The notes under the pieces were generated by a model. The model saw only the letters and a list, made by a program, of their open reading frames with translations, was not told the origin of the DNA and searched no databases. From Bacteroidota bacterium (GTDB lineage: Bacteria; Bacteroidota; Ignavibacteria; UBA10030), in contig DATECW010000088.1 in NCBI GenBank assembly GCA_035286705.1, positions 2,853-66,852 on the forward strand: a stretch of 64,000 nt of DNA, read 5' to 3'. A program made the position numbers and the translations under genes. Shown here piece by piece: positions 18,153-26,927 of this stretch (position 1 is the stretch's first letter; every line of letters begins with the position of its first letter).

Positions 18153-19448
18153 TTATTGAACTTGTGCTGAGATTTCCGAGATGTCCATGCCGACAGCCTG
18201 CTCGAGCTGGGCCTGACTTGCCATATGGCTCATAACTGACATGTAATAATCGAGCTTGGCCATCAGAAGCATGCGATAGGCATCGATGAGCATGAGAAAC
18301 TCCGTCTTTCCGGTTTGGTATGCCGCGACAGTCGATTGCAGGGTCTGTTCTGCCTGCGGGATGACAGTGTTCTTGTACAAGAGCACCAGATTCTGATTTG
18401 TTTGAACCTTTACAAGAGCATCCTGAACCTCAAACAAGGTCATGTTTTTCATAGCGGTAAGATCTTCCTCGGCCTTCCTTACATTCAGTGCGTTTTCATC
18501 AGTCTTCGACGTATATTTTCCGCTCGACCACGGAGTCAAGGGAATGCTGATTCCAAGCATTGCCGACCAGAAATCGTTTTTGGTCATGGCCATGTCCTTG
18601 TACATGAAACGCAGCATCAGATCGGGGAAATATTCCTTTTTCGAAAGCGAGAGTTCAGATTTGTTCATTTCGATGTTAAAATTCATCGCTTTCAGTTCCG
18701 GACGAGATTCGAGGGCTAGAGGTCGAATTTGCTCAAACGTCCAGCGTGGAATATCCTTCTCAATTTCAGGTACGAACCCGAGCGGTGCATTTGCTGGACG
18801 ACTCAGGATTGTGTTAATCATCGATTCGATGACCGCACGCTCCTTTTGCAGATTGAGACCATCATTGATAAGCGTGGACAACTCTGTTTGTGCGCGCAAG
18901 ATATCGGGCTGCTTCCCCATCCCAACTTCGTATTGTTTTAAGGCGATATCGACAAACCGGCGCATGAGGTCCTGATTTTCTGCATTGATCTGAATTTTGC
19001 GCTGCACGAGGTAGAGCTCAAAGTACGATGACTTGAGTTCGCGAAGAACTTTTCGCTCTAACGCATTATATCCCTGATCCATCATATTGGCGTTGTTTTC
19101 CGCTGCCTTGCCCATATCAGAAAGCTTCCCCGGGAATGGAAACATTTGCTGTATGAAATAGTCCATTTCCATTTGATTTTTGAGCGGATTGGGAAATGAC
19201 TGAACTGGCGTCTGAAAGAACTCGACGCCGAATTGTGGCGCATCCCAGGATGTCACTTGATCAACGCGGGTTCTCGCGGCCGCGGTTTGATGCCGGGCAG
19301 CGCGAAGCTGAGGATTGTTTTCGAGCGCCTCCTTCACAAGTCCATCAAGACGAAGGGGCTTCTTCTCTTCTTGTGAGAAAGCCTGGTAAGTGACGAGAAC
19401 CGCCATCAAGAAGAAAACGAGAGAACGGAAGAATCGGAACATGGGCAA
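18153..19448 (-). CDS. cusC: TolC-family outer-membrane efflux protein (CusC/CzcC)
   Basis: Signal peptide, two-repeat helical OEP architecture, 431 aa, directly upstream of the adaptor. Confidence 0.85.
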   Translation of the reverse strand: MPMFRFFRSLVFFLMAVLVTYQAFSQEEKKPLRLDGLVKEALENNPQLRAARHQTAAARTRVDQVTSWDAPQFGVEFFQTPVQSFPNPLKNQMEMDYFIQQMFPFPGKLSDMGKAAENNANMMDQGYNALERKVLRELKSSYFELYLVQRKIQINAENQDLMRRFVDIALKQYEVGMGKQPDILRAQTELSTLINDGLNLQKERAVIESMINTILSRPANAPLGFVPEIEKDIPRWTFEQIRPLALESRPELKAMNFNIEMNKSELSLSKKEYFPDLMLRFMYKDMAMTKNDFWSAMLGISIPLTPWSSGKYTSKTDENALNVRKAEEDLTAMKNMTLFEVQDALVKVQTNQNLVLLYKNTVIPQAEQTLQSTVAAYQTGKTEFLMLIDAYRMLLMAKLDYYMSVMSHMASQAQLEQAVGMDISEISAQVQ

Positions 19449-19566
19449 CTCCTTGTTGAGAAAGAATGATCTCTTTCGTTACCTCACGTGGAAAACATGA
19501 GGAAAGCACACCCGTATCCTTGGGATAGAGGAATCCCCGGATTAGGGTAATTACAAGGAGAAGCTG

Positions 19567-19995
19567 TTAGATAAGAAAGGAAGAGTTGAGAATGTGTTTC
19601 CCCACCGGCGACAAGAACGATGCCTCGGTGCGGGAATCAGAACGGCTGGAGGAAAGGGAAGAGAACGAAATATCTGAAAAAAGACTGACGACAAGAGTCG
19701 CCGCTCTTTGAACCTTGCTGATTTTGTCTTTTTCGACTATTGCCTGCTTAACAGCCAGACCGCCAATAATACTATTCGTATGGCACGCTTGGTCAGATTC
19801 AAACGATGCGCCAGCCTTCGGCGCTGAGTTCTGGTTGCATTCATCCTCATTCATGCGATCAGGTATTGCGCAGCATGCCATTTGCTGCTGCAACCTGCAT
19901 TCATGAAGAATAGTCGTAAAACCAGAGCTCGCCAGTACAAAAACAAAGAGCACAACAACGTGCAAGCTCGCGTTATAATGAAGAATTTTTCTCAT
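19567..19995 (-). CDS. Hypothetical membrane-anchored Cys-containing protein at the head of the metal operon
   Basis: One N-terminal TM helix, then HECRLQQQMACCAIPDRMNEDEC. No recognised family. Start chosen at MRKIL. Confidence 0.35.
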   Translation of the reverse strand: MRKILHYNASLHVVVLFVFVLASSGFTTILHECRLQQQMACCAIPDRMNEDECNQNSAPKAGASFESDQACHTNSIIGGLAVKQAIVEKDKISKVQRAATLVVSLFSDISFSSLSSSRSDSRTEASFLSPVGKHILNSSFLI

Positions 19996-20449
19996 GGTGG
20001 TGAAATTATCAACATTCATGCCAGGCTAACTCGAAATAAAATCAGGAATAATTCTTTGAAAGTCAATAGTATTTGAAGCCGCTATTCTCGAATCTGAAAA
20101 TTCATGAGTACTTCTGATTCCTACTCTTGAGAACCCAATGACCTTTACGATCTGCTTAAAACATACGGCGCCAGGCCGGAAAAAGCGTTATAGATAATTG
20201 ACAAATGTTTATATTTTGTCGCGTGCATCACCCGTGTGCGTCATTTGCGCGGTTCTTTGAACGATCTATCCCCTGCCTCCTGCGCTCTTCAAAGGCTTGT
20301 AAGGAAGAATTCCAAAGACAAGAAAGCAGATCCCGGGGCGTACGAGAAGCTCGATGAATGCTGCAAGCTGCCTGAGGATCGGGAGTAGTCGCACCGGCGG
20401 TGGATCGGCTCATGCTCGTACGGACGGCGAGTATCGAGCTCTTGTCTGC

Positions 20450-21319
20450 CTATTGTGAGCCGAAATTATAGGCGAACCCAACCCAGGGGAAGAAAGGAAA
20501 TCCTCTGATTCGGGAGCCGGCAGGATAAATGAAGCCCAAATCAGCTGCGAGGCGATCCCCGAAAAAGCGTATGCCAAACGATAAAAGAGCAATGTCGGAA
20601 TCGGGCGGAATCCAGTTCTCCGTAATTAATTTGATGCTGTTCGACGCCCTGACTTCTCCACCTATCAGGATGATTGGCTTGTCGGCAGTCTCGTCTCCGG
20701 AGAACCCCCATCCGAGCCCGCCTGTGATTGACGCCGCATCCGTTCCATAAGAAGCGACGCCATAGAAAATCCCCATTCCATCGGACCCTGCTGAAGTCGA
20801 TTGTATGAAGAGAACTCCGCCAGAGATACTCAGCTTTTCTGTTTGAACCGGGGTTATTTTTGGGGCGATGTAGAAAAGTTGGTTCTCCGCTCCCGGCAAT
20901 AGCGACATCCCACCTGCGAGGGTAATGAAATCAGACACTCCGATGGCAAGAAACGGGAAGAAAATCTGATACGCTGAAAAGTACCCCTGGCCCAGCCTGA
21001 GCGCCCGAGCTGTCGGAGCAAAGAACAGACGGGTGTAGTTGGGATCGCCGCCGACATACCCATTTCGTGAGGTTTGTCCCAAGACTCGTTCGATAGACTC
21101 CACCTGATCTTTCGGTACCGTCATGGAAATCCCCCCGGAGGTCCTGAACATGATCGAGTCGGGAACTCCCCTCACGACGGTCCCGATCAGCTCTGAGCCG
21201 TCTTTAAGGGTGAGCCTGATAAGTTGTGCTGATGTCGTATCCTGCTGAGAAAGAGAGTTGGCCGGGAAGACGCCCTCGAGACCACCGACCAGCACAAGTG
21301 CACCGAGAATTGATTTCAT
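20450..21319 (-). CDS. Hypothetical secreted protein (possible outer-membrane beta-rich protein)
   Basis: Signal peptide. Gly/Ser-rich alternating pattern. C-terminus ...GFAYNFGSQ. Confidence 0.4.
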   Translation of the reverse strand: MKSILGALVLVGGLEGVFPANSLSQQDTTSAQLIRLTLKDGSELIGTVVRGVPDSIMFRTSGGISMTVPKDQVESIERVLGQTSRNGYVGGDPNYTRLFFAPTARALRLGQGYFSAYQIFFPFLAIGVSDFITLAGGMSLLPGAENQLFYIAPKITPVQTEKLSISGGVLFIQSTSAGSDGMGIFYGVASYGTDAASITGGLGWGFSGDETADKPIILIGGEVRASNSIKLITENWIPPDSDIALLSFGIRFFGDRLAADLGFIYPAGSRIRGFPFFPWVGFAYNFGSQ

Positions 21320-21495
21320 GGTCTGCGAGTCTATTTCATTTCTGTGTCTCTGTCAAAGGCGGAATTGAAAGGCCTGGTCACCCGTAGAAAACATCCCGAC
21401 TGAAAACATCGCGACAGGCGGGGCATGCAAAGGAGGACATGGAGACGAGCGGGGTGTTATCGCTTCCATCACCGTGGCTCTCCCCCCAATGCGAA

Positions 21496-23706
21496 TCAGC
21501 TCAGGAGCGACTCCAGGAGGCGGATGACTTCGCCCACGTCCCTTACATTGAACCTCGCGTGACTATTCGTGACACCCACGCGAATGGAATATGCATCTTC
21601 GGGGAGAGCACAAAAGAGATCTTCGTCAGTCCAGTCATCCCCAATGGCAAGTACGAAAGCGCCGGGTTCCCTCACAAGCCAGTGCCCTGCCGCCACGCCT
21701 TTGTTGACGGCGGCCGGCCTGACCTCGACAACCCGGTGTCCGCGAAGTATCTGGAGGTCGGTATTGGCTGCAAGATTCAGGAGGCGATCTGTCAGCTCGG
21801 CAGCAAGGAACGCCGCCTGATCCGGATCGGACATCCGGTAATGCCAGACAATCGAGTGTTCCTTTTCCTCCACGAGGGCACCCGGTAATCGGTCAGCGTA
21901 CTGCTCGAGAATTGGAAGCAGCGACGCTTTCCAGTCGTTGTTGCCGCGTCCCAGGAATTCCCAGTCCTTGTCTCTTTCCTTCCGCCAGATTCCATGTTCG
22001 GCAACGAACTCCATGGGAATGTCGTGAAACCATGAAATCAGTGTCTTCCGGTCTCTTCCGCTGATCAACACAGTGTTATTTTTCTTGTCGTTTGCCAGCT
22101 TTCTCAGCAATGCCAGAATTGAGGCTGAGGGTGTCGCAAGGTCGGGAAGCCGTACAAGGGGGGTGAGGGTACCGTCATAGTCGAGAAAAATAAGTCTCTT
22201 GGCCGCTCTTTGATAAGCATCGCGCAGTGCTTTGGCAGCCGCCGCTTCAAGAAGCCTGGCGTTCAGTTTCTCCTGAATTGCTTTTGCAGAATTCAATTCA
22301 CTGATGAAGTCTCCGGCCCAGCGGGTCACGTCGTAGCGCCTGAGGCGGCTCTGCATCATCCGGTTTCGGCGAATCTGCTCTCCGCTCTCCATGGCGAGGG
22401 CTTCCTTCAGTGCGGCTGCAATCTCGGCACGATCATTCGGGTTGATAATAATCGCCTCGCCCAACTCCTTGGCCGCACCAGCCATCTCGCTCAAGATAAG
22501 GACTCCCGTCCCTTCGGAACGGCATGCAACGTATTCCTTCGCAATGAGGTTCATCCCATCGCGCAAGGGAGTCACCAGGGCAATGTCGGCAACACCGTAC
22601 AGGGCTACGAGTGAGGTGAGCGAAAGCTGCCTGTACTGATAGATGACCGGCATCCATCCTATCGTTCCGAATCTGCCATTGATTTTTCCGACGTACTCTT
22701 CCACCTGCCTTTTCATCTGCTCATACTCTGTTACCCCAATGCGGGAGGGAACAACAACCATCGTCAGGACAACCTTGCCGTGAACCTCAGGGGTCGTTTC
22801 CAACAATACCTCATAACCCTGCAGCCGATGGAGGATCCCCTTGGTGTAATCCAGGCGGTCAACCGACAGAATCACCCTTGCCCCGCCGAGAACTTTTCTC
22901 AGCTCGTCCTTTTCTGCCTCCGTTTGCGGGTCGCAACTTGCGGTTGTGAACCTCTGATAATCGATACCCATGGGGAGCGTGTCCGTCTTGACAATCCGGT
23001 TCGGAAGAGAGATTTGTCCCATTGAGTGATCATGACCAAGGATGCGCAGGACTGATTGGAGAAAGTGATGGGTGTATTCGTACGTATGAAAGCCGATCAG
23101 GTCAGCACCCAGAAGGCCTTCCAGGATCCCTCTTCTCCAATGAAGGGGGAGCAGCCGGAAGATCTCAAATGAAGGAAAAGGGATGTGGAGGAAAAATCCG
23201 ACGACTGCGCTGGGCATCCTTTTTCGCAACATGGCCGGCAGCAACATCAGGTGATAATCCTGAATCCAGACCATATCATCTTCCCGCATGATCTCTCCAA
23301 GGGTATCGCAGAACAAGGTATTGACCTTTTCATACTGCTCCCAATAGTCTTCCCGGTAAGCCGTCCAGGAGGGAAAATAGTGAAAAAGCGGCCATATGGT
23401 GCTGTTGCAGAAGCCCATGTAGAATTTCTCCATGTCGCTTTCGGACAGGAAGACCGGGCTTGCATGGTACTCAGCGAGCGCCCGTACGCGCACTGTCTCG
23501 CGATACGGTTCGTCCACCGTGGCACCGGGCCATCCGACCCAAAGATGGTCTTCACTCCTGGGGAAATGGTCCTTGTAGGAATCGAGGAAGGCACTGAGAC
23601 CCGTTGTGAGGCCTCCTGCGACCTCGCCAAAACGGACCTCCCCCTCGACAACGCTTGCCGAAAAAGGAAGACGATTTGAGACAATGATGAGTCGACGATG
23701 TTTCAC
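21496..23706 (-). CDS. otsA: Bifunctional trehalose-6-phosphate synthase / trehalose-6-phosphatase (OtsA-OtsB fusion; GT20 + HAD)
   Basis: N-terminal GT20 region (RLIIVSNRLP..., WVGWPG, HDYHLMLLPAMLRK). C-terminal HAD phosphatase with DXD motif (IFLDYDGTLTP). 736 aa. Confidence 0.85.
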   Translation of the reverse strand: MKHRRLIIVSNRLPFSASVVEGEVRFGEVAGGLTTGLSAFLDSYKDHFPRSEDHLWVGWPGATVDEPYRETVRVRALAEYHASPVFLSESDMEKFYMGFCNSTIWPLFHYFPSWTAYREDYWEQYEKVNTLFCDTLGEIMREDDMVWIQDYHLMLLPAMLRKRMPSAVVGFFLHIPFPSFEIFRLLPLHWRRGILEGLLGADLIGFHTYEYTHHFLQSVLRILGHDHSMGQISLPNRIVKTDTLPMGIDYQRFTTASCDPQTEAEKDELRKVLGGARVILSVDRLDYTKGILHRLQGYEVLLETTPEVHGKVVLTMVVVPSRIGVTEYEQMKRQVEEYVGKINGRFGTIGWMPVIYQYRQLSLTSLVALYGVADIALVTPLRDGMNLIAKEYVACRSEGTGVLILSEMAGAAKELGEAIIINPNDRAEIAAALKEALAMESGEQIRRNRMMQSRLRRYDVTRWAGDFISELNSAKAIQEKLNARLLEAAAAKALRDAYQRAAKRLIFLDYDGTLTPLVRLPDLATPSASILALLRKLANDKKNNTVLISGRDRKTLISWFHDIPMEFVAEHGIWRKERDKDWEFLGRGNNDWKASLLPILEQYADRLPGALVEEKEHSIVWHYRMSDPDQAAFLAAELTDRLLNLAANTDLQILRGHRVVEVRPAAVNKGVAAGHWLVREPGAFVLAIGDDWTDEDLFCALPEDAYSIRVGVTNSHARFNVRDVGEVIRLLESLLS

Positions 23707-23855
23707 TGGGACCGTGGCCGGTATTTGTAAAGCTGATTCTAGTGGCGAGTGTCAGAGATTCCTTTAATAAGTCGCCAGCAGCTTTCGGACGAATTCTGAC
23801 TGTTTTGAGCAATCTTAGGGAACGAATTTATTCAAGGAACTTGCAGCTCGAGACA

Positions 23856-25073
23856 CTAGAGGGAAACGACATCCCCCTGATGGAACAAGGAAATAAACAG
23901 CAGCAGATAATCTCTGATGTGGCGGGTGATGAGAAAATTGTTCTTGATGTGTTCCCTGCCGTTCAAACCCAGCTTGCGTGCATATTCAGGCTCGTTGATC
24001 ATCTGCTTGATCCAGTATGCTGTTCCCTCAACGGAATGAGTGAGAATTCCCGAATACTTGTGGGCAATTTGCAGGGGAATTCCCCCCACCGCAGAGGCTA
24101 TTGTCGGCCTTCCCTTCCACAACGCCTCCGAGACAGTCAGCCCAAAACCCTCTTTCAGGGATTTCTGCAGTACTACCGTTGACCCGCGTTGAAGCGCGTT
24201 GATTTCGAGATCGCTCCCAGGCGGCAGGAAAAGCGAGAAAATGTTCTTGTCACCTGCAGCCTCGTCTTCGACCTGTTTCATGATCGCAGGGCCCTCCGGA
24301 TCGTCCGTAGCACCACCGCCTGCAAGCACCAACTGAACATCCAGGTGTTTTTTGACAAGCTTGTATGCTTTGATAACGCCAAGAGGATCTTTGAGATAAT
24401 CGAAACGGGAGATCTGGGTGACGACCGGCAGGGAACGGTCAATATGAAACCGCTCAAACACAGAATCAATGTAGCTTTCGGGCAGTTCCTTGTTCTTATC
24501 GCTCAAAGGGTCAATGGACGGAGCAATCAACACCTGGGGAATTGGAAGACTTCGGGCAAATGCCGGAGCGGAAAAAACGGCGACATCGTACCGCTTGATA
24601 TATTGTTCCAGGAAACTCCAGATCTTCCTGTCGGGCCTGGAGAAGTCGATATGACAACGCCACATCCATTTTCGTCCTTCGTGTTTGTCCTGGTCGATAA
24701 GGGCAACCGGCTGGGGATCGTGAACAAACACAAGCCCTGCGGACTGGAGCACCTGCGCATTATCCCGGTTGACCTGCAGAAACCACTCGTACTCATCGTC
24801 GCTCACCGTCACCGGCACTCCGTGAAGCCCGTTGTGGAATTTCTTCGTTATCACAAAGAATTTCTCGTCGCCTTTAATGACATCCCACCGGGCCTGGACA
24901 CCCAGCTGATTGAGGAGCGGTATCATTCGGGAAAGTATCTCCGCGACACCGCCTCCCACGGCAGTCGAGTTAATATTCTGCACCTGCTTCCCTTCCAGAT
25001 GCCTCGCCAGCATGCGGAGCTCATCAACGGTCGACTGTCCCACGATTGGGATGTATTCTTCAAGCTGTACCAT
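23856..25073 (-). CDS. treT: Trehalose glycosyltransferring synthase TreT (GT4)
   Basis: Multiple blocks match archaeal/Thermotoga TreT: NSTAVGGGVAEIL, VHDPQPVALI, WRCHIDFS, PSIDPLSDKN, VTQISRFD, DDPEG, KEGFGLTVSEALWKG, AVGGI, NNFLITRHIRDYL. Confidence 0.8.
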   Translation of the reverse strand: MVQLEEYIPIVGQSTVDELRMLARHLEGKQVQNINSTAVGGGVAEILSRMIPLLNQLGVQARWDVIKGDEKFFVITKKFHNGLHGVPVTVSDDEYEWFLQVNRDNAQVLQSAGLVFVHDPQPVALIDQDKHEGRKWMWRCHIDFSRPDRKIWSFLEQYIKRYDVAVFSAPAFARSLPIPQVLIAPSIDPLSDKNKELPESYIDSVFERFHIDRSLPVVTQISRFDYLKDPLGVIKAYKLVKKHLDVQLVLAGGGATDDPEGPAIMKQVEDEAAGDKNIFSLFLPPGSDLEINALQRGSTVVLQKSLKEGFGLTVSEALWKGRPTIASAVGGIPLQIAHKYSGILTHSVEGTAYWIKQMINEPEYARKLGLNGREHIKNNFLITRHIRDYLLLFISLFHQGDVVSL

Positions 25074-25701
25074 GCACCTGCACCAATTGTATGATCATGC
25101 TTCGAAGCCCTTCGAGCGTATAGGTATACGGGTCAAGGCGAGCAACCATGTCCGCAAGCTCCATCTTTCCAAGATCACGAAACCAGCGTGAGAAATCGTT
25201 TTCCCCTTTTTCCAGTCTCAATTTGGCCTCAAAGATATGATAGTACAGCGAGCCGTGGCTAATCAGCTTCAACGATTCCACAAAATCCTGAAGCGAATGC
25301 GCTACGTACGGTGTGCGGAGGACAAAGGTTCTCGCCGCCATGAAGTGAAATTCCTGGCCCGCTGGAGCCGAGGGCATACGCTCCGTGCTGTCCATGTGTG
25401 ATTGCAGAATGTCAACGAAGACATTCCGAAGCTCTTCCAGAGTGTGGAACTGTATGATATCGACACTGGAGATTCTCTCCGCCAGCGATCCTTCGTTCAG
25501 GACATCAGTGATCCAGTACGCAAAATCGTTGGGGGGCTCCGGAGAAAGAAAGTGGTGCTGCCGGAGATACCGATGCGTGTGGTAATAAATCGAAGATTCC
25601 GGGACCCCCTGGACCCCTGCGAGCAATTCAGAGAGGTTTCGCGCCTTGATTCCCAGGAGGATCGATTGATCCAGTTTCGTATGGAAATAGAATTCGTCCA
25701 A
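25060..25701 (-). CDS. Conserved hypothetical protein co-transcribed with treT
   Basis: 213-aa soluble ORF overlapping treT by 14 nt. No recognised motif. Confidence 0.4.
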   Translation of the reverse strand: MDEFYFHTKLDQSILLGIKARNLSELLAGVQGVPESSIYYHTHRYLRQHHFLSPEPPNDFAYWITDVLNEGSLAERISSVDIIQFHTLEELRNVFVDILQSHMDSTERMPSAPAGQEFHFMAARTFVLRTPYVAHSLQDFVESLKLISHGSLYYHIFEAKLRLEKGENDFSRWFRDLGKMELADMVARLDPYTYTLEGLRSMIIQLVQVHGTA

Positions 25702-25863
25702 CTTCGCTCCTCTGGTGTGGGTTTTCTTTCACAATCAATATTACGAGAGTCACTTAGAAAGTCAAGCATTGAAGAGACCGATTACAGGCGGAGGTCACCG
25801 ATGGCGAAGGTCTGACTTTGATTCTTTTGGCTGAAAATGCTATACTGTTTTCACGGTTGAACA

Positions 25864-26925
25864 ATGAGTGACTCCGGCCTCACACGCTTCCTGAAGGAAC
25901 ACAAAGAGAAACTGAATCCCCTTCTCGTGCTCACACACGACTATCCGGATCCGGACGCGCTCGCTTCTGCGTTCGCCCTGACGTATCTCGCAGAGCAACT
26001 GGCCGGCATTCATGGCAAAATCGTTCATGGAGGAGTCATCGGGAGAAGCGAAAACCGGGAGATGGCGAGACTTCTCAAGATTCCGGCGCACAAGCTTCAG
26101 ACTTCGGATCTGAGCCACTTTGCGGGGATTGCCCTCGTGGATACACAGCCGATCTTTGACAACAACTCATTCCCGGCGACACGGAAAGCATCGTTAGTCA
26201 TTGATCAGCATCCCAGCGATGAACCGCCGAATGCCGAGTTTGTCCTCATTGATACTGAAGCAGCTGCGACATCTGCTTTGTTGGCCAGAGAACTTCTCGC
26301 CAGCAACCTGGCAATTCCGGCCCCGCTTGCCACAGCTCTTGTATACGGCATTCTCTCCGACACTCTCAATTTCTTTCGGGTCACGAATCGTGAAACCATC
26401 GAGCTCTATCTGCGACTCTTGCACCGCGCGGATATCCGTATGCTCGCCCGAATCCAGAACCCGCCGCGTCCAAGGAAGTTTTTCGGAGACCTCGCGGCTG
26501 GAATCGAAAAAGCATGGGCACAGGGAACACTCATCGTTACGCATCTGGGCCCAACCGAATTTCCAGACCATATCTCCCAAATGGCCGATTTCCTGTTAAC
26601 GTGCGAAGGAATCCAGTGGGCTTTTTGTACGGGCTGGCACGGGGAATTTCTCCATATGTCGTTGCGAACGAACCTCCCTGATGGCCAAGCTGTCGTCATT
26701 CTTCGCGCAATCTGCGACCATCCCCGACAGGCCGGGGGTCACGGTCAAATCGCGGGCGGAAAAGTGAACCTCGGAGCGATGAACGAGAAGAGCCGTTGGA
26801 AATCCACGGAGGAGTTCACAAGAAGGCTCATCAACCAACTCGACAAGGGTCGCCGGGGGCGGATTACTCCGCTCATCGCTTCCGGTCCCGTCGGCCTGAT
26901 GCCACAACAAAAAAGGAGAAGTTGA
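25864..26925 (+). CDS. DHH/DHHA1 phosphoesterase (NrnA / DhhP-type); candidate pApA / c-di-AMP phosphodiesterase
   Basis: LTHDYPDPDALASAFAL (DHH motifs I-II), VIDQHP (motif III with DQH instead of DHH), AGGHGQIAGGK (DHHA1 GGGH motif). Ends 2 nt before cdaA. Confidence 0.7.
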   Translation: MSDSGLTRFLKEHKEKLNPLLVLTHDYPDPDALASAFALTYLAEQLAGIHGKIVHGGVIGRSENREMARLLKIPAHKLQTSDLSHFAGIALVDTQPIFDNNSFPATRKASLVIDQHPSDEPPNAEFVLIDTEAAATSALLARELLASNLAIPAPLATALVYGILSDTLNFFRVTNRETIELYLRLLHRADIRMLARIQNPPRPRKFFGDLAAGIEKAWAQGTLIVTHLGPTEFPDHISQMADFLLTCEGIQWAFCTGWHGEFLHMSLRTNLPDGQAVVILRAICDHPRQAGGHGQIAGGKVNLGAMNEKSRWKSTEEFTRRLINQLDKGRRGRITPLIASGPVGLMPQQKRRS

Positions 26926-26927
26926 CG

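Noticed and set aside
20190-20215. TTGACA ... TATATT as a sigma-70 promoter
   Set aside because: Spacing between the hexamers is about 6 bp instead of 17. The FCB group generally uses different promoter motifs, and the orientation is wrong for the minus-strand operon.
24189-25094. 301-aa plus-strand ORF overlapping treT
   Set aside because: Antisense to TreT, which has strong multi-block similarity to characterised enzymes. No RBS or motif.
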